Notes under the pieces: generated by a model
Seen by the model: only the letters and a program-made list of their open reading frames with translations
What the model was told of the DNA's origin: nothing
Databases searched by the model: none
NCBI RefSeq assembly: GCF_009914755.1
Contig: NC_060930.1
Source: the human T2T-CHM13v2.0 reference genome, Homo sapiens
DNA length: 64,000 nucleotides
Direction: 5' to 3' (one strand)
Shown: positions 1 to 12,600 of the stretch, in pieces
Layout of the letters: the number at the start of each line of letters is the position of its first letter
How positions within the stretch are numbered: position 1 is the stretch's first letter
Position numbers and translations under genes: made by a program

Positions 1-405
1 GTGGCAGTGACAAAATGGCCGTAGTGGACTTGGGCTCAGGTGCTTTCTTGAGTGTGCAAACTGGTAAGAACTAATTTTTTGAATCAGATTTGGGGATTAT
101 TCAGGCAGAAGGGGATCCCTAAATGGAAACACTGACATTTTAATACTGCAAGTGGGGGATGATGAACAGACAAATAACAAGCAATGGGGGGCCACATTTG
201 TGTTCAGAATTCATGGAACTTTTTTTTTTGATTTTTCTATTTCTCATTTTTTTAATGTATGTATTTTGAGGGTACATGTAATATTTTGATACATAACGTA
301 TAAAGGTCAAAGATAAGGATAATTTGTGTGTGTGTGTATATATATGTATAAACTTAAATGTCCTTTTTGCTTGGAACGTTCAAATTTTTTTCTAGTTATA
401 TCTAA

Positions 406-734
<329 letters not shown>

Positions 735-739
735 AGAAG

Positions 740-950
740 TGTCTAATAGATTATAGTCACCCTACTGATCTATTGAACTCTGGTTGTCTTTCTTCTACCT
801 AATTGTATACTTATACCGTTTAACCAACCTCTCTTTATCCCACGTCTTCCCTCCTCTTTCCAGGCCCTGATAACCACCATTGTACTCCCTAGCTTCATGA
901 GATCTTCTGTTTTAGCTCCCACATAGGAGTGAGAACATGCAGTATTCATG
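740..950 (-). mobile_element. Old L1 3'UTR fragment (L1M-type)
   Basis: accaccattgtactc...ttttagctcccacataggagtgagaacatgcagtatt is typical of an antisense L1 3' end. Confidence 0.75.
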
Positions 951-2779
951 AATCACACTCATCATGAGCGATCTTCTTGGTTGTTGAATTGGGGTTGCTA
1001 GTTATTTTGAGAATTTTTGTATCTATGTTCATCAGGGATTTTGGCCTGTAGTTTTGTTTTTGATTTGATTTCTGACACAGATTTTGCTGTATCCTTGTCT
1101 GGTTTTCACATCAGGGCAATGCTGGCCTTGTAGAATGAGTTTAGAGGAATACCCTCCTCTTCAATTTTTTTTTAAAAGAGTTTGAGTAGAATTGGTATCA
1201 GTTCTCTAAATATTTGCTAGAATTCAGCAGTGAGGCCATAATGTCCTGGGCTTTTCTTTGATGAGAGACTTTATTAAGGCTTCAATTTCATTACTCATAA
1301 TTGGTTTGTTAGGGTTTCTATTCATGGTTCAATCTTAGTACGTTGTATATGTTTAATAATTTATCCATTTTTTCTATGTTTTCCAATTTGTTGGTGTATA
1401 GTTGTTCATATTCTCTGATTCTTTGTATTTTTGTGGTCTGTTATATCTCTTTTTTTTTCTTTCTGATTGATTTATTTGGGTTTCTCTTTTTTAGTCTAGG
1501 GAAAGGTTTGTTAATTTTGTCTATCTTCAAAAAATCAACTTTTCATTTCATTGATCAAATGTATTTATGTTTTAGTTTCAATTTCATTTATGTCTGTTCT
1601 GATATTTATTTCTTTCTACTAATTTTGGATTTGGTTCATCCTTGCTTTTTTGAGTTCCTTGAGATCCATTTTTAGGTTGATTATTTGAAGTCTTTTCCCT
1701 TTTTTGATGTAGGTGTTTATTGCTATAAAGTTATTGTTATGCTGTATTCTGTAGGCTTCGGTATGTTGTATATCTATTTTCACTAGTTTCATGAAATTTT
1801 TAAAATTTTCTTAGCTTATTCATTGACCCATTGGTTGTAGGAGCATGTTGATTTCCATGTGTTTGTATAGTTTCCAAGGTTCCTCTTGTTGATTTCTGGT
1901 TTTATTCCATTGTGATCAGAAAAGATACTTGATATAATTTTTACTTTTTTGAATTTGCTGAGACTTCTTTTGTGACTTAAGGTATGGTCTGTTCTGGAGA
2001 ATGTGCCATGTGCAAGTGAAAAGAATGTGTACTCTGTAGCAGCTGGGTGAAATGTTCTATAAATGTCAGGCCTACTTGGTCTAGTGTGTAGCTTAATTCC
2101 AATGTTTCTTTATTGATTTTCTCCCTGGATAATCTGTTACTGAAAGTGAGGTGTTGAAGTCCCTACTATTATTATATTGGAGCCTATCTCTCCCTTGAGA
2201 TTTATTAATGTTTGTTTTACATATTTGGATGCTCTGGTGTTGGGTGCACAGATATTTATAATTTTTAATATCCTCTTGATGAATTGACCCCTTCATCATT
2301 ATATAGTGACCTTTTGTCACTTTTTACATTCCTTGACTTGTAGTCTGTTTTATCTGATATAAGTATACCTAATCCTGTTCTCTTTGATTTCCACTTGCAT
2401 GGAATATCTTTTTCCATAAATTCACTTTCAACTTATGTATGTCCCTATAGGCAAGATGGGTTCTTGTAGCACCACATAGTTGGGTCTCGTCTCTTTACCC
2501 ATTTAACTTCTATACATCTTTTAATTGGAGAATTTGGTCCATTTATATTCAGTGTTATTATTGATAAGTAAGGACTTATGACTGCCATTTTGTTGCTTGT
2601 TTTCTGGTTGTTTTGTAACGTCTTTCTTCCTTTATTCTTTTGCTACTGTATTTCTTTGTGGTTAAGTTATTTTCTCTGGTAGAATGCTTTAATTCACTGC
2701 CTTCTATTTTTAGTGTATTAATTACAGATTTTTGCATTGGGGTTACCATGAGGCTTACAAAACATATCTTATAGCTACT

Positions 2780-3083
2780 TTGTTTTATTATTACTTATTA
2801 TTCTGATACAGGGTCTCTGTCACCCAGGCTGGAGTGCAGTGGTGAGATCTTGGCTTACTGCAGCCTCTACCTTATTGAACTCAGGCAATCCTCCTACCTC
2901 AGTCTCCTGAGTAGCTGATACCATAGACACATGCCACCATAGCCAGCTAAGTTTTGTATTTTTTGTAGAGATGAGGTTTTGCCATGTTGCCCAGAGTGGT
3001 TTTGAACTCCTGAGCTCAAGTGATTAGCTAGCCTTGGCCTCCCAAAGTGCTGGGATTACAGGCATGAGCCATGGCGCGCAGCT
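2780..3083 (-). mobile_element. AluJ
   Basis: Divergent antisense Alu with J-type motifs (gaactcctgagctcaagtgat). Confidence 0.9.
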
Positions 3084-3660
3084 GATATTTTACAAAGATG
3101 ACAACTTAACTTTGATCACAAAGAAAAGACTAGAAACAAACAAAAAAACTTAAATAACCCCCACAAAACCCTGCCCTTTAACTCTATACCCCTACATCTT
3201 GACTTTTTGTTGTCTCGGTTTACATATTTTTATATTGTCTATCTCTTAGCAGGTCACTGTAGCAATTATTGTTTTTGATAGGTTTGTCTTTTAGATTTCA
3301 TACTACAGTTATAAATGGATTGCACACCACAATTAGAGTATTAGAGTATCCTGGGTATGTCTTGTACTTAATGTTACCAGTGGTTTTTTTCCTCAAATAT
3401 TTTCTTTATGCATGTTAGCATCTTTTTCTCTTAGATTGAAGGACTTCATTTGCCATTTATTTTAAGATAGGCCTGGTGGTAGTGAATTCTCAGCTTTTGT
3501 TTGTCAGGGAAAGATTTTATGTCTTCTTCATGTTTGAAGAATAGCTTTTCTGGTACATTAATCTTGGATGGCGGTTTTATTTCTTTTAGCACTTTGAAAA
3601 TGCCATCCCACATCTACCTGGCCTGTATAGTTTCCATTGAGGAGTCTGTTGCCAGAATAA

Positions 3661-4046
<386 letters not shown>

Positions 4047-4633
4047 TGAGAATTTGATTATTGTATGTCTTGGGGTGGTCTTATTTGGGTTGAATCTGTT
4101 TCATGTTCTCTAATCTTGTACCTAGATACTTATGTATTTCTTAAGTTTGGAAAGTTTTGAGTTATTTCTTTGGATAAGCTTTCTAACTTTTGCTCTTTCT
4201 GAATTCCCTCTTGAGCACCAATCATTCTTAGATTTGTCCTTTTGAGGTACTTTTCTATATTATTTAGGTGATCTTCATTCCTTTGTATTCGTTTCCCTTT
4301 TTTCTCCTCTAACTGTATTTTCAAATAGCCTGTCTGAGTTTACTAATTCCTTCCACTGTCTGATCCATTCTGCTGTCGAGAGTCTCTAATAAATTTTTCA
4401 GTTTGACAAGTATATTTCTCAGTTCCAAGATTTTTGTTTGATTTTAAAAAATTATTTTAATCTCTTTGTTAAATTTCTCTGATAAATTTTTGAATTGCTT
4501 TTGTGTGTTATCCTTGAGTTCACTGAGTTTCTTTAAAACTGCTATTTTGAATTCTTGGTGAGAGAGCTCACATACCACTGTCTTGCCTAGGGTAAGTCAT
4601 TGGTTCCTTGCTTTGTCTGTTTGGGGAAGTCAT

Positions 4634-4752
4634 GTATATTAGTCTGTTCTCTCACTGCTATACAGAAACACATGAGACTGAGTAATTTATAAAGAAAAGA
4701 GGTTTACTTAGCTCATGGTTCTGCAGGCTGTACAGAAAGCATGACAGCATCT
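4634..4752 (+). mobile_element. MaLR LTR fragment (MST/THE1-like)
   Basis: tattagtctgttctctcactgctata...gtaatttataaagaaaagaggttta...ctcatggttctgcaggctgtacag matches the MST/THE1 LTR start. Confidence 0.8.
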
Positions 4753-5987
4753 ACTTTTTTTTCGCCCTCTTGGTCTTGCCTTCTTTCTGACATCACATGG
4801 AGTCTGCAGTCCAGGTTTTCCTTGGCCCTAGTAAATGACTGGAGCACTGCCGGACCCAAATGTAGAAGGTCTTACGGGGGATATCCCAATAGGGTGGGAA
4901 GTCTGGCTAGAATTTCGTGCTCAGGGAACCTGTGGAACATACCTCCTATGGTGTGTCGCTGCTGACCAGCTTCGCTGATTTGGCGTCTCCTTTGGCTGAG
5001 TTAAAGAAGAGTGTTTCTAGGGTTGGGGAAGGAAGTCCCACCTCCCCACTTTTTCTCTGGTTGTCTTTGGGAATATTTCTCCCTTTAAGTACTTAGGGAC
5101 AGATCTCTTGCCAGGGAACCCAAGATGGTGGGGAAACTGGTTATCCACTTCAATCTCACTTTTTCCAGTGTAGAAACTGGCGGTGAGGTGGGGGAAGTTT
5201 TCCACATGCTTGGTGCTAGGCAGATTTGGGAGAGGGATGTCACGGATTTGGAAGTCTGATTCTTACAGCGTCTGCTTGAAGTTTTTTACTTCTTTGTTGC
5301 CACGGGCACTGTTCCATCTTCATATTTGAGTTCTGGGATATTGCTGGTGATAATCTCAGCACCGTGTATTTGTTGTAGGTTTTCTGTGGAGGAAAAATAA
5401 AGCCAGCTTCCTTATATGCAGCCATTTTGGAACCAAACTCTCACACATTCCATGGAACATTTCTAGCCAGCAAGGTACAATGACTAGCAAGGAAACAAAC
5501 TTTTTTTTTCCTTCAGTATTTCAGTTGACTCACAAGAACATAAAATGTGACCTATCTTTTCATGTGGCCAACTTTAAATGTTAACTTAATATCTTAGATA
5601 AAAATAGTTTAAAATACACATCCATTTAAGTTAAAAAGAATAATTTAAAGTTTTATTATTCTTTGATAGTTTTTCTTTTGATGCTACACCTAGTGACTAC
5701 CATATTTTAAAACAGACATGTTCTAATTGCTCTTGAATCTTCAACTCGAAAGAAACTATGGTTTTATAAATTAGTGATAACAGTGAGTGTCCTCTTTAAA
5801 AAATATCTGCCATTTCTGACAAATGACAAATAGCTGATATTATTTTTTCTTAAAAGGAACTCTATTCTTTTAACATACAGTCTCTCTTGTTTAATAAAAC
5901 TGAAAGTAAAGAATAGATAGAAATAGTCCTACCTCAGTTCAGGTCAGGTTTTGTTGCCAACAGAGTTATGAAAACTTTTAGTTTTCT

Positions 5988-6102
5988 ACCTGGGTGTGGT
6001 AGCTCTCACCAGTAATACCAGCTACTTGAGAGAACTGCTTGAGGCCAGGAGTTTGAGACCAGCTTGGGTAACATAGTGAGACCCTGTCTCAAAGAAAAAA
6101 AG
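5988..6102 (+). mobile_element. Alu monomer (FLAM-like) with ~18-bp TSD
   Basis: gaggccaggagtttgagaccagc...gagaccctgtctcaaag flanked by gaaa(a/g)ctttttagttttct. Confidence 0.85.
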
Positions 6103-6130
6103 GAAAGCTTTTAGTTTTCTGACCATTTTA

Positions 6131-6350
6131 TTTTTGTTTATTTTAATTTTTTTATTTCAATAGGGTTTTGGAGGGACAGGTGGTGTTTCCTTACATGAAT
6201 AAGTTCTTTAGTGGCGATTTCTGAGATTTTGGTGCACCCATCATTTGAGCAGTGTACACTGTACACAGTGTGTAGTGTTTTATCCCTCACCAGCCCCCAC
6301 CCTTTTCCCCGAGTCCCCAAAGTCCAATGTATCGTTCTTATGCCTTTGCA
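6131..6350 (-). mobile_element. L1PB-like 3' end fragment with TSD tttctgaccatttta
   Basis: ttctgagattttggtgcacccatc...ccccgagtccccaaagtcc is an antisense L1PB 3'UTR. Identical flanks at ~6116-6130 and ~6351-6365. Confidence 0.85.
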
Positions 6351-6462
6351 TTTCTGACCATTTTAGATTCAGAATTATGGATAAGGGATTTTCAGCCTAT
6401 ACTGATCATGTCTAGAAGTTCTGTTTGTTTCTTTAAAAAAAAGTTCATGTAGCAGCAGATAA

Positions 6463-6802
<340 letters not shown>

Positions 6803-6830
6803 ACAAATTCTTGATACTATATTATGTTAT

Positions 6831-7420
6831 TGTTACCAGGCAAAAGGGGCTCACTGCTGGATGTGCTAGAAGCTAATACTATGACACTGGATTTCTAAGA
6901 AAAGAAAAGCTCTTTATTATAGGTTGACCAATAAGGAGACAGGAATCTAGCTCAACTGTATCTCCCTGTGCTGGCTTTAAGATAGTAATTTTATTAGAAA
7001 AGGTTTGCGGGTGGATTCTGGGATTAGCAGGTGGTTGGTGGAAGGAAAAGGGAGGTCTAGAAAGTCCTCAAATGCACAGTTATCTCCATTCCTCTTCATG
7101 GGTCCCACGTGCAAATTCAAAGGGAGTTAGTATGAAACATGCAGTGGAAATCGGGCTGTGACATTAACAAGCTTGTTCTGTGCAAACTCCATTTGGTCAT
7201 GTTGGTTCCAACTAATTTTGGACACTCTTGTTATCTCACAAATGGAGGGAATTTCAGCGTTTCAGCAAGTTATTTATTTTCTTATCTGCTATCTGGCAAA
7301 CTCAAGATTTCTGTTAGTTATTGGTTTCCTATTCTTTGGGGCACAATTTCAGTTTCAACTTTTCAGCAAGTTGTTTCTTTTTTTATATACTATCCTATAA
7401 ACTCAAGAATTTTATCATTA
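6831..7420. mobile_element. Probable ERV1/MER-family solo LTR
   Basis: Begins TGTTACC, contains tttatt (AATAAA on minus) near one end, and has an internal ~95-bp imperfect duplication (tttcagcaagtt...aaactcaaga). Family not assigned. Confidence 0.5.
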
Positions 7421-8794
7421 AAAAAACTCTTTGGGGCATGATTTTTTCATCAAACTTAAAAAAAAAATCCCCAATATAACAGAGAATTTCCAGCATTTTA
7501 ACCTGAAACTGAAGACCATTACTGAATGCAGTTTTCAATTGCCAATCTAGAAGTTTACTAATTCTGTGTATTGGATGTGCATATCCTTGTCAATCATTTT
7601 GGCCTAAGGGAGTCTTTCTTTTAATCATCTTTTCAAATAGGAAAAAGCACCAAATTAAGTGTTTTCTCAAACTTTTTCATTATAGTTATTTCATTTCTAA
7701 CAAAATTTTAGTGCCACAGTTATATTGTGTAACTGCTTATGTACAGAGGCTCTTTGGAGGACCACCAACCATTGTAATACCAAAGATTTTTGCTACCTCC
7801 CCTTGAATCAATTTTGCCCCTGTGGGGATGATATCATCCCTGATATGAAGGCATATATTGAGAGAAATAAGACAAACTATTAAACCAAATTTTAATAGAT
7901 GACAGTACTTTAAAAGAAAATTAATTTAAAAATTTAGTCATTTCTGGGATATGAGATAATGAGCAATTTCTTTTATTTCTCTTATTTTCTAGTTTCCATT
8001 ATGTACTTATATATACCTCTAGGGGATGTTGTAAAGATTCTATAATATTATGTATGTATTCTATAATATGTATGTGAAAGAAAAACTGTATCTTTTCCTT
8101 TGCTAACTCATAGATGTTTAAATATATTACATTTTAGGTGTTAGATGATTTATATATCTTCAGTGTTAACACAAACTGAAGATATTGCTCTAATATTCAT
8201 CACCCAATGAGAATTTGTGATATTCTGCAGATTTGGTAACATTTTCATGGAGATTTAATAAAAAACATTGACATATTCATTCTACAGACATTTATTGGCT
8301 ATGTAATTCATGTCAGAAACTGATTCGACACAGCAAAATCACGTGAATAAGAAGGTCTATATTGTTGAAAAGCTTACCAATGCATCTTCTTCAAACACAC
8401 ATACAAACAACTAAATAAAAATGGGATAATGCCCTATACTTATATGGTCAGGGTTTTCAAGGACTATAGACCATAGACTGATGAGATTCATAAATACTTT
8501 TCAGTTGAGACAAGATTTCAGCAGGGTATGAAGGTTGAATAGAAGGTTTTTAAGTGATAAATGCCTAGCAAGATTTAGGATCACTCATTTTTAACAAAGG
8601 AAAATTGATACTCTTTTTTAGTGGCCACAATTTTATCATTCTATACTTTTGTCTTTCTTCCATAGTCCTTATGACACCATGAAGTTTACAGTGTCTTCAT
8701 GCTTTCCTTATCCTGATTTCACTGTCCTCTCTCATATTTTTTTATGTTTACCAAGGTATGTACAACTGACAATTTTAGAGTCATCTGCAAAGAA

Positions 8795-8915
8795 AAGATA
8801 ACTATTAGGTACTGGGCTTAACACCTGGGTGATGCAATAAGATGTATAATAACCCCCCATGACACGTGTTTATGTAACCTTCACATGTACCCCCAAACCT
8901 AAAATAAAAGTAAAA
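8795..8915 (+). mobile_element. L1 3' terminal fragment
   Basis: ctattaggtact...acctgggtgatg...cacatgtacccc..acctaaaataaaagt. Confidence 0.8.
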
Positions 8916-9383
8916 GAGGAATCAAAACCTTGAAATAAAGGTATGATGTTCTTGCTGTGGAAATTTAGAAGCCACAGGGTTTAAGGATTGTAGAGACATC
9001 ATAAGCCCTATTACTCCCATCTTCCTACTCAATTACTTCATGTAAGCTGTGGCTTACTCTGTCTTTGAAATGACATAGCAAGGGCACTATAGATATGGGG
9101 AATCTTTCACTTGCAGAGAGGATTTTCAATCTCTGAAATGGCTGATTTGCAGAGAAGTGGAGTCGTTTATTCTCTAGCACAGGGATTTCCAGATTTTGAA
9201 TGTATTTACCAGTAAAACAAAGTAAAGCAAAGTAAAAACATAAGCTTGCTAAATTTTCTTTTGTCATTTAAGAGCACCAAGCTTTGAGCGTGAATGTGCT
9301 TTGGATAAATGAATTGATTTCACTTCTCTTGATAAATGCCAATATTTCTTTAGTGCTCTACATTCTACTTTTTTCCATCTAAT

Positions 9384-10311
9384 TCATGATTCTGCTGAAG
9401 ATTTTTTCATCCACAGTATTCTCTTCAGTGCACTCTTTACATCTTTGTTTCTTAAAGTGTAGATGGGAAGGTTAAGGCTGGGTGTGATGATTGTGTGAAA
9501 GAGTGAAGAACTTCCCTTCATCTTGGGATATGGTATTCTGTGGCTTCATGTATATATAAATGATTGTTCCATAAAACAGAATTACTACTGTGAGGTGGGA
9601 GCCACATGTATTAAGGATCTTTTGCAACCTTGTTGCTGACTTGATCCTCATTACAGCTTGAGTGATAACTCCATATGAGATAAGAATTAGTGATAGAGGT
9701 ACGAAAAGAAATACCACTCCGAAAGCAAAGACAACAATCTCAATTACTTTTGAATAGACACAAGCCATCTTGATCAATGCTGGCATCTCACAGAAAAAAT
9801 TATCCACTTCCCGGTGCCCACATCTTGGCAACTTCAAAGTCAAGGAGCAAACAATTAAGGCACTGGCAAGACCACTCAACCAGGCAGTGGCAAAGCTGAG
9901 GGTGCATTTTAAGGTGTAGTGAAGAGGTTGACAGACAGCAGCATAACGATCATAGGCCATCACAGCCAACAGAAGACATTCTGTGGCTCCCAAGTCAAGG
10001 ACAAAAAAGAATTGGAGTACACACCCTCCATAAGTAATAGATTTTTTTGGGCCCCATTGATTTGCCAGCATCTGGGGGATAATGCTAGTTGTATAACAGA
10101 GGTCCAAGAAAGACAAATTGGATAAGAAAAAATACATGAAGGTATGGAGCTGGGTGTCTAGATAAGATACAAGAATGATGGTTGTATTTCCTACCAGAGT
10201 CACAATATAGATGATGAAGACAACCACTGAGATGATGTGCTCTAATTGGGGTCGATCAGAAAACCCCAGAAGGATGAAATCTGTTCCAGAACTTACACTG
10301 CTTGTTTCCAT
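9384..10311 (-). pseudogene. OR2AD1P: Olfactory receptor family 2 pseudogene
   Basis: OR motifs FILLGFSD, LHTFMYFFLSNLSFLD, MAYDRYAAVCQPLHY, NTCGSHL. A frameshift after GKFFTL moves the ancestral C-terminus ([30 protein letters not shown]) into another frame, ending at TGA 9384-9386. Symbol is from position relative to OR2W1. Confidence 0.88.
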
Positions 10312-11435
10312 TGTTCCTTAAGAAAAGCTAGCAGGCAATATCATGGTAACCAAAAATAGTGTCAGGTTTAGGTAGAACTGAAAATCTCTGAAGTTTCTCA
10401 AGGGTATCCAAAACTCTCTTATTTGCATGCTCTCTCTCATTTGGAACATCTCTTTTAACATTTCCCTATGGCCCAGTGCTCACAACTTGTTCATATTTAA
10501 TCCAAAATTAATAATATGCTAAATCCAATCAGGCTGAATTGTAAATCATTGAAAAAACTTAATTTGCTATGTCATTCATTGTTCTATGTATTTCAATTAA
10601 GTAATAAAATCATGAAGTCAATTATGTGATTTTAAGAGAGGCATATGTATTGAGGAGTTGTTCCTCTTTGAAGCTATGACATAAGCATCACTTGATCATG
10701 ATAAATCCTTGCATTATTGAAGGAGTTAAGCTTGAGGTAAAAAGTTAAATGACATCTTTTTTTGGAATAAACTCCACCATTTGATAGCAGAATCACTTTC
10801 AATATTTACTTGCAAATATCTACATTTCAGCCATTATAATTATAATTATCCTCACCACCAACTTACTCCTCCTCCTTATATTTTTTTTACCCCTCAACAT
10901 TGCAGGCACTGTTGTTATTCTATCAATTTTGGTGTTCCCTACTACACTGCCTTTTTTTGTGAGTGTGTTTTTTGTTGCCAGGAAATAATTATCTTTCTTA
11001 TTAATATTTACTTACATGTATAAAGGCCTATATGTTTTTTAAACAGCTTTAATGACTAATATTACACCATCTAAACAGCCTTACTGATTTGTTGCAGTTA
11101 AATATTGAGGTAATTCCAGAACTATTTGGCCACCACGTACAACGATCTGTGTCCAATCCTACTTACCAGCCATTCAGCAGAATTAGCTGGGCGCTGGGCA
11201 GGTAATTCAAACAAAAAGCAGTTCATTAAATAGCCAGAGTTGTTTTAATCTATGGAATTTACCAATCCAACATGAGTGGATGTTCTGATTGCTTTGAAAT
11301 CCTTTAGGTAAAACCATCACCCCATTGGGCTCTAAAAGAATACAGATACAGATAAAAATGTCATCAATCTCACCATTTCTGATTATTGTATCATATCACT
11401 AAGTAGACAAAATATTTAATGACTGACTGAGTTAG

Positions 11436-12036
11436 TTTTTTTTTGTTGTTGTTGTTTGTTTTTTTTAAAGATAGAATCTTGCTCTGTTGGCCGGATGCAG
11501 TGGCTCATGCCTGTAATCCCAGCACTATGGGAGGTTGAGGTGGGCGGATCACTTGATGTCAGGAGTCCAGACCAGCATGGCCTACGTGGGGAAAAATTTT
11601 GTATTTTCTACTAAAAATACAAAAATTAGCTGGGCGGTGTGGTGCGTGCCTGTAGTCCCAACTACTTGGGAGGCTAAGGCAGGACAATTGCTTGAACCTG
11701 GGGGCGGAGGCCACAGTGAGCCGAGATCGCACCGCTGCACTCCAGCCGGGGCGACAGAACGAGACTCTTGTCTCAAAAAAACCAAACCAAACAAAACAAA
11801 AATCTTGCTCTGTTGCCTAGGCTGGAGTGCGGTGACACAGTGACAGCTCATTGCAGCCTGGACCTCCGGTGCTCAAGTGATCCTCTCAACTGAGCCTCCT
11901 AAGTAGCTGGGACCACAGATGCATGCCACTGTGTCCAGGTAATTTTTAAATGTTTTTGTAGTGATGAGGTCTCACCATGTTGTTCAGGCTGGTTTGGAAC
12001 TCCTTGGCTCAAGCAATCCTCCTGCTTCGGCCTGAG
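11436..12036 (-). mobile_element. AluJ (antisense), split by a younger sense Alu
   Basis: Tail and 3' part at 11436-11488, remainder at 11801-12036. Confidence 0.85.
11489..11800 (+). mobile_element. AluS inserted in AluJ, 14-bp TSD aatcttgctctgtt
   Basis: Full Alu dimer. TSD at 11475-11488 and 11801-11814. Confidence 0.93.
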
Positions 12037-12399
12037 CCCTGGTGTCGAGCTAATGGCTGAATTAGTTTAAACATTTTTTCTGCTGATAATTTCTGACCAC
12101 GAAATTCAGACCTACCATACTTTACATTTATAGTGTCCTTGAGGCCATGGAATAGAAACCTCATTTGTTTCTGGTATATAGTAAAACAAGGGGAAGATAG
12201 ATCATTTATATATGTCATTGTTATAAGTGTTTCAGTTAGAACAGAATAATGTTATAATCATAAAGAAGGAAATGTTATCAAGTAGTATGAGATAGAGGTG
12301 TAGTTTTTCACAGCACAAAAATGGAAATCTAATTAATAAGTGTCCAGTTTTTTTATTTTTCGCAATAGGTTGTCAACTAAGGAATGATAGTGCTTCATT

Positions 12400-12600
12400 G
12401 CACAGATTCTGAACTCAAAGTCCCTGGCATCAAATTCCAGCTTCACCACTTGGAAGCTGTATCCTTGGGCAATTATTTAACTTGTTTGTGTAGGAGGTTC
12501 TTTATACATGAAGAAAATATAATAAAATTTCCTTCCTCAAAGGGATGTTGTGAGGGTTAATATTTATAAAAGCACTTGGAACTGAGCTTGGTTCATCTTT
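12400..12600 (+). mobile_element. MIR
   Basis: caaattccagcttcaccactt..gctgtatccttgggcaattatttaac...gttgtgagggttaa is MIR core. Confidence 0.7.
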
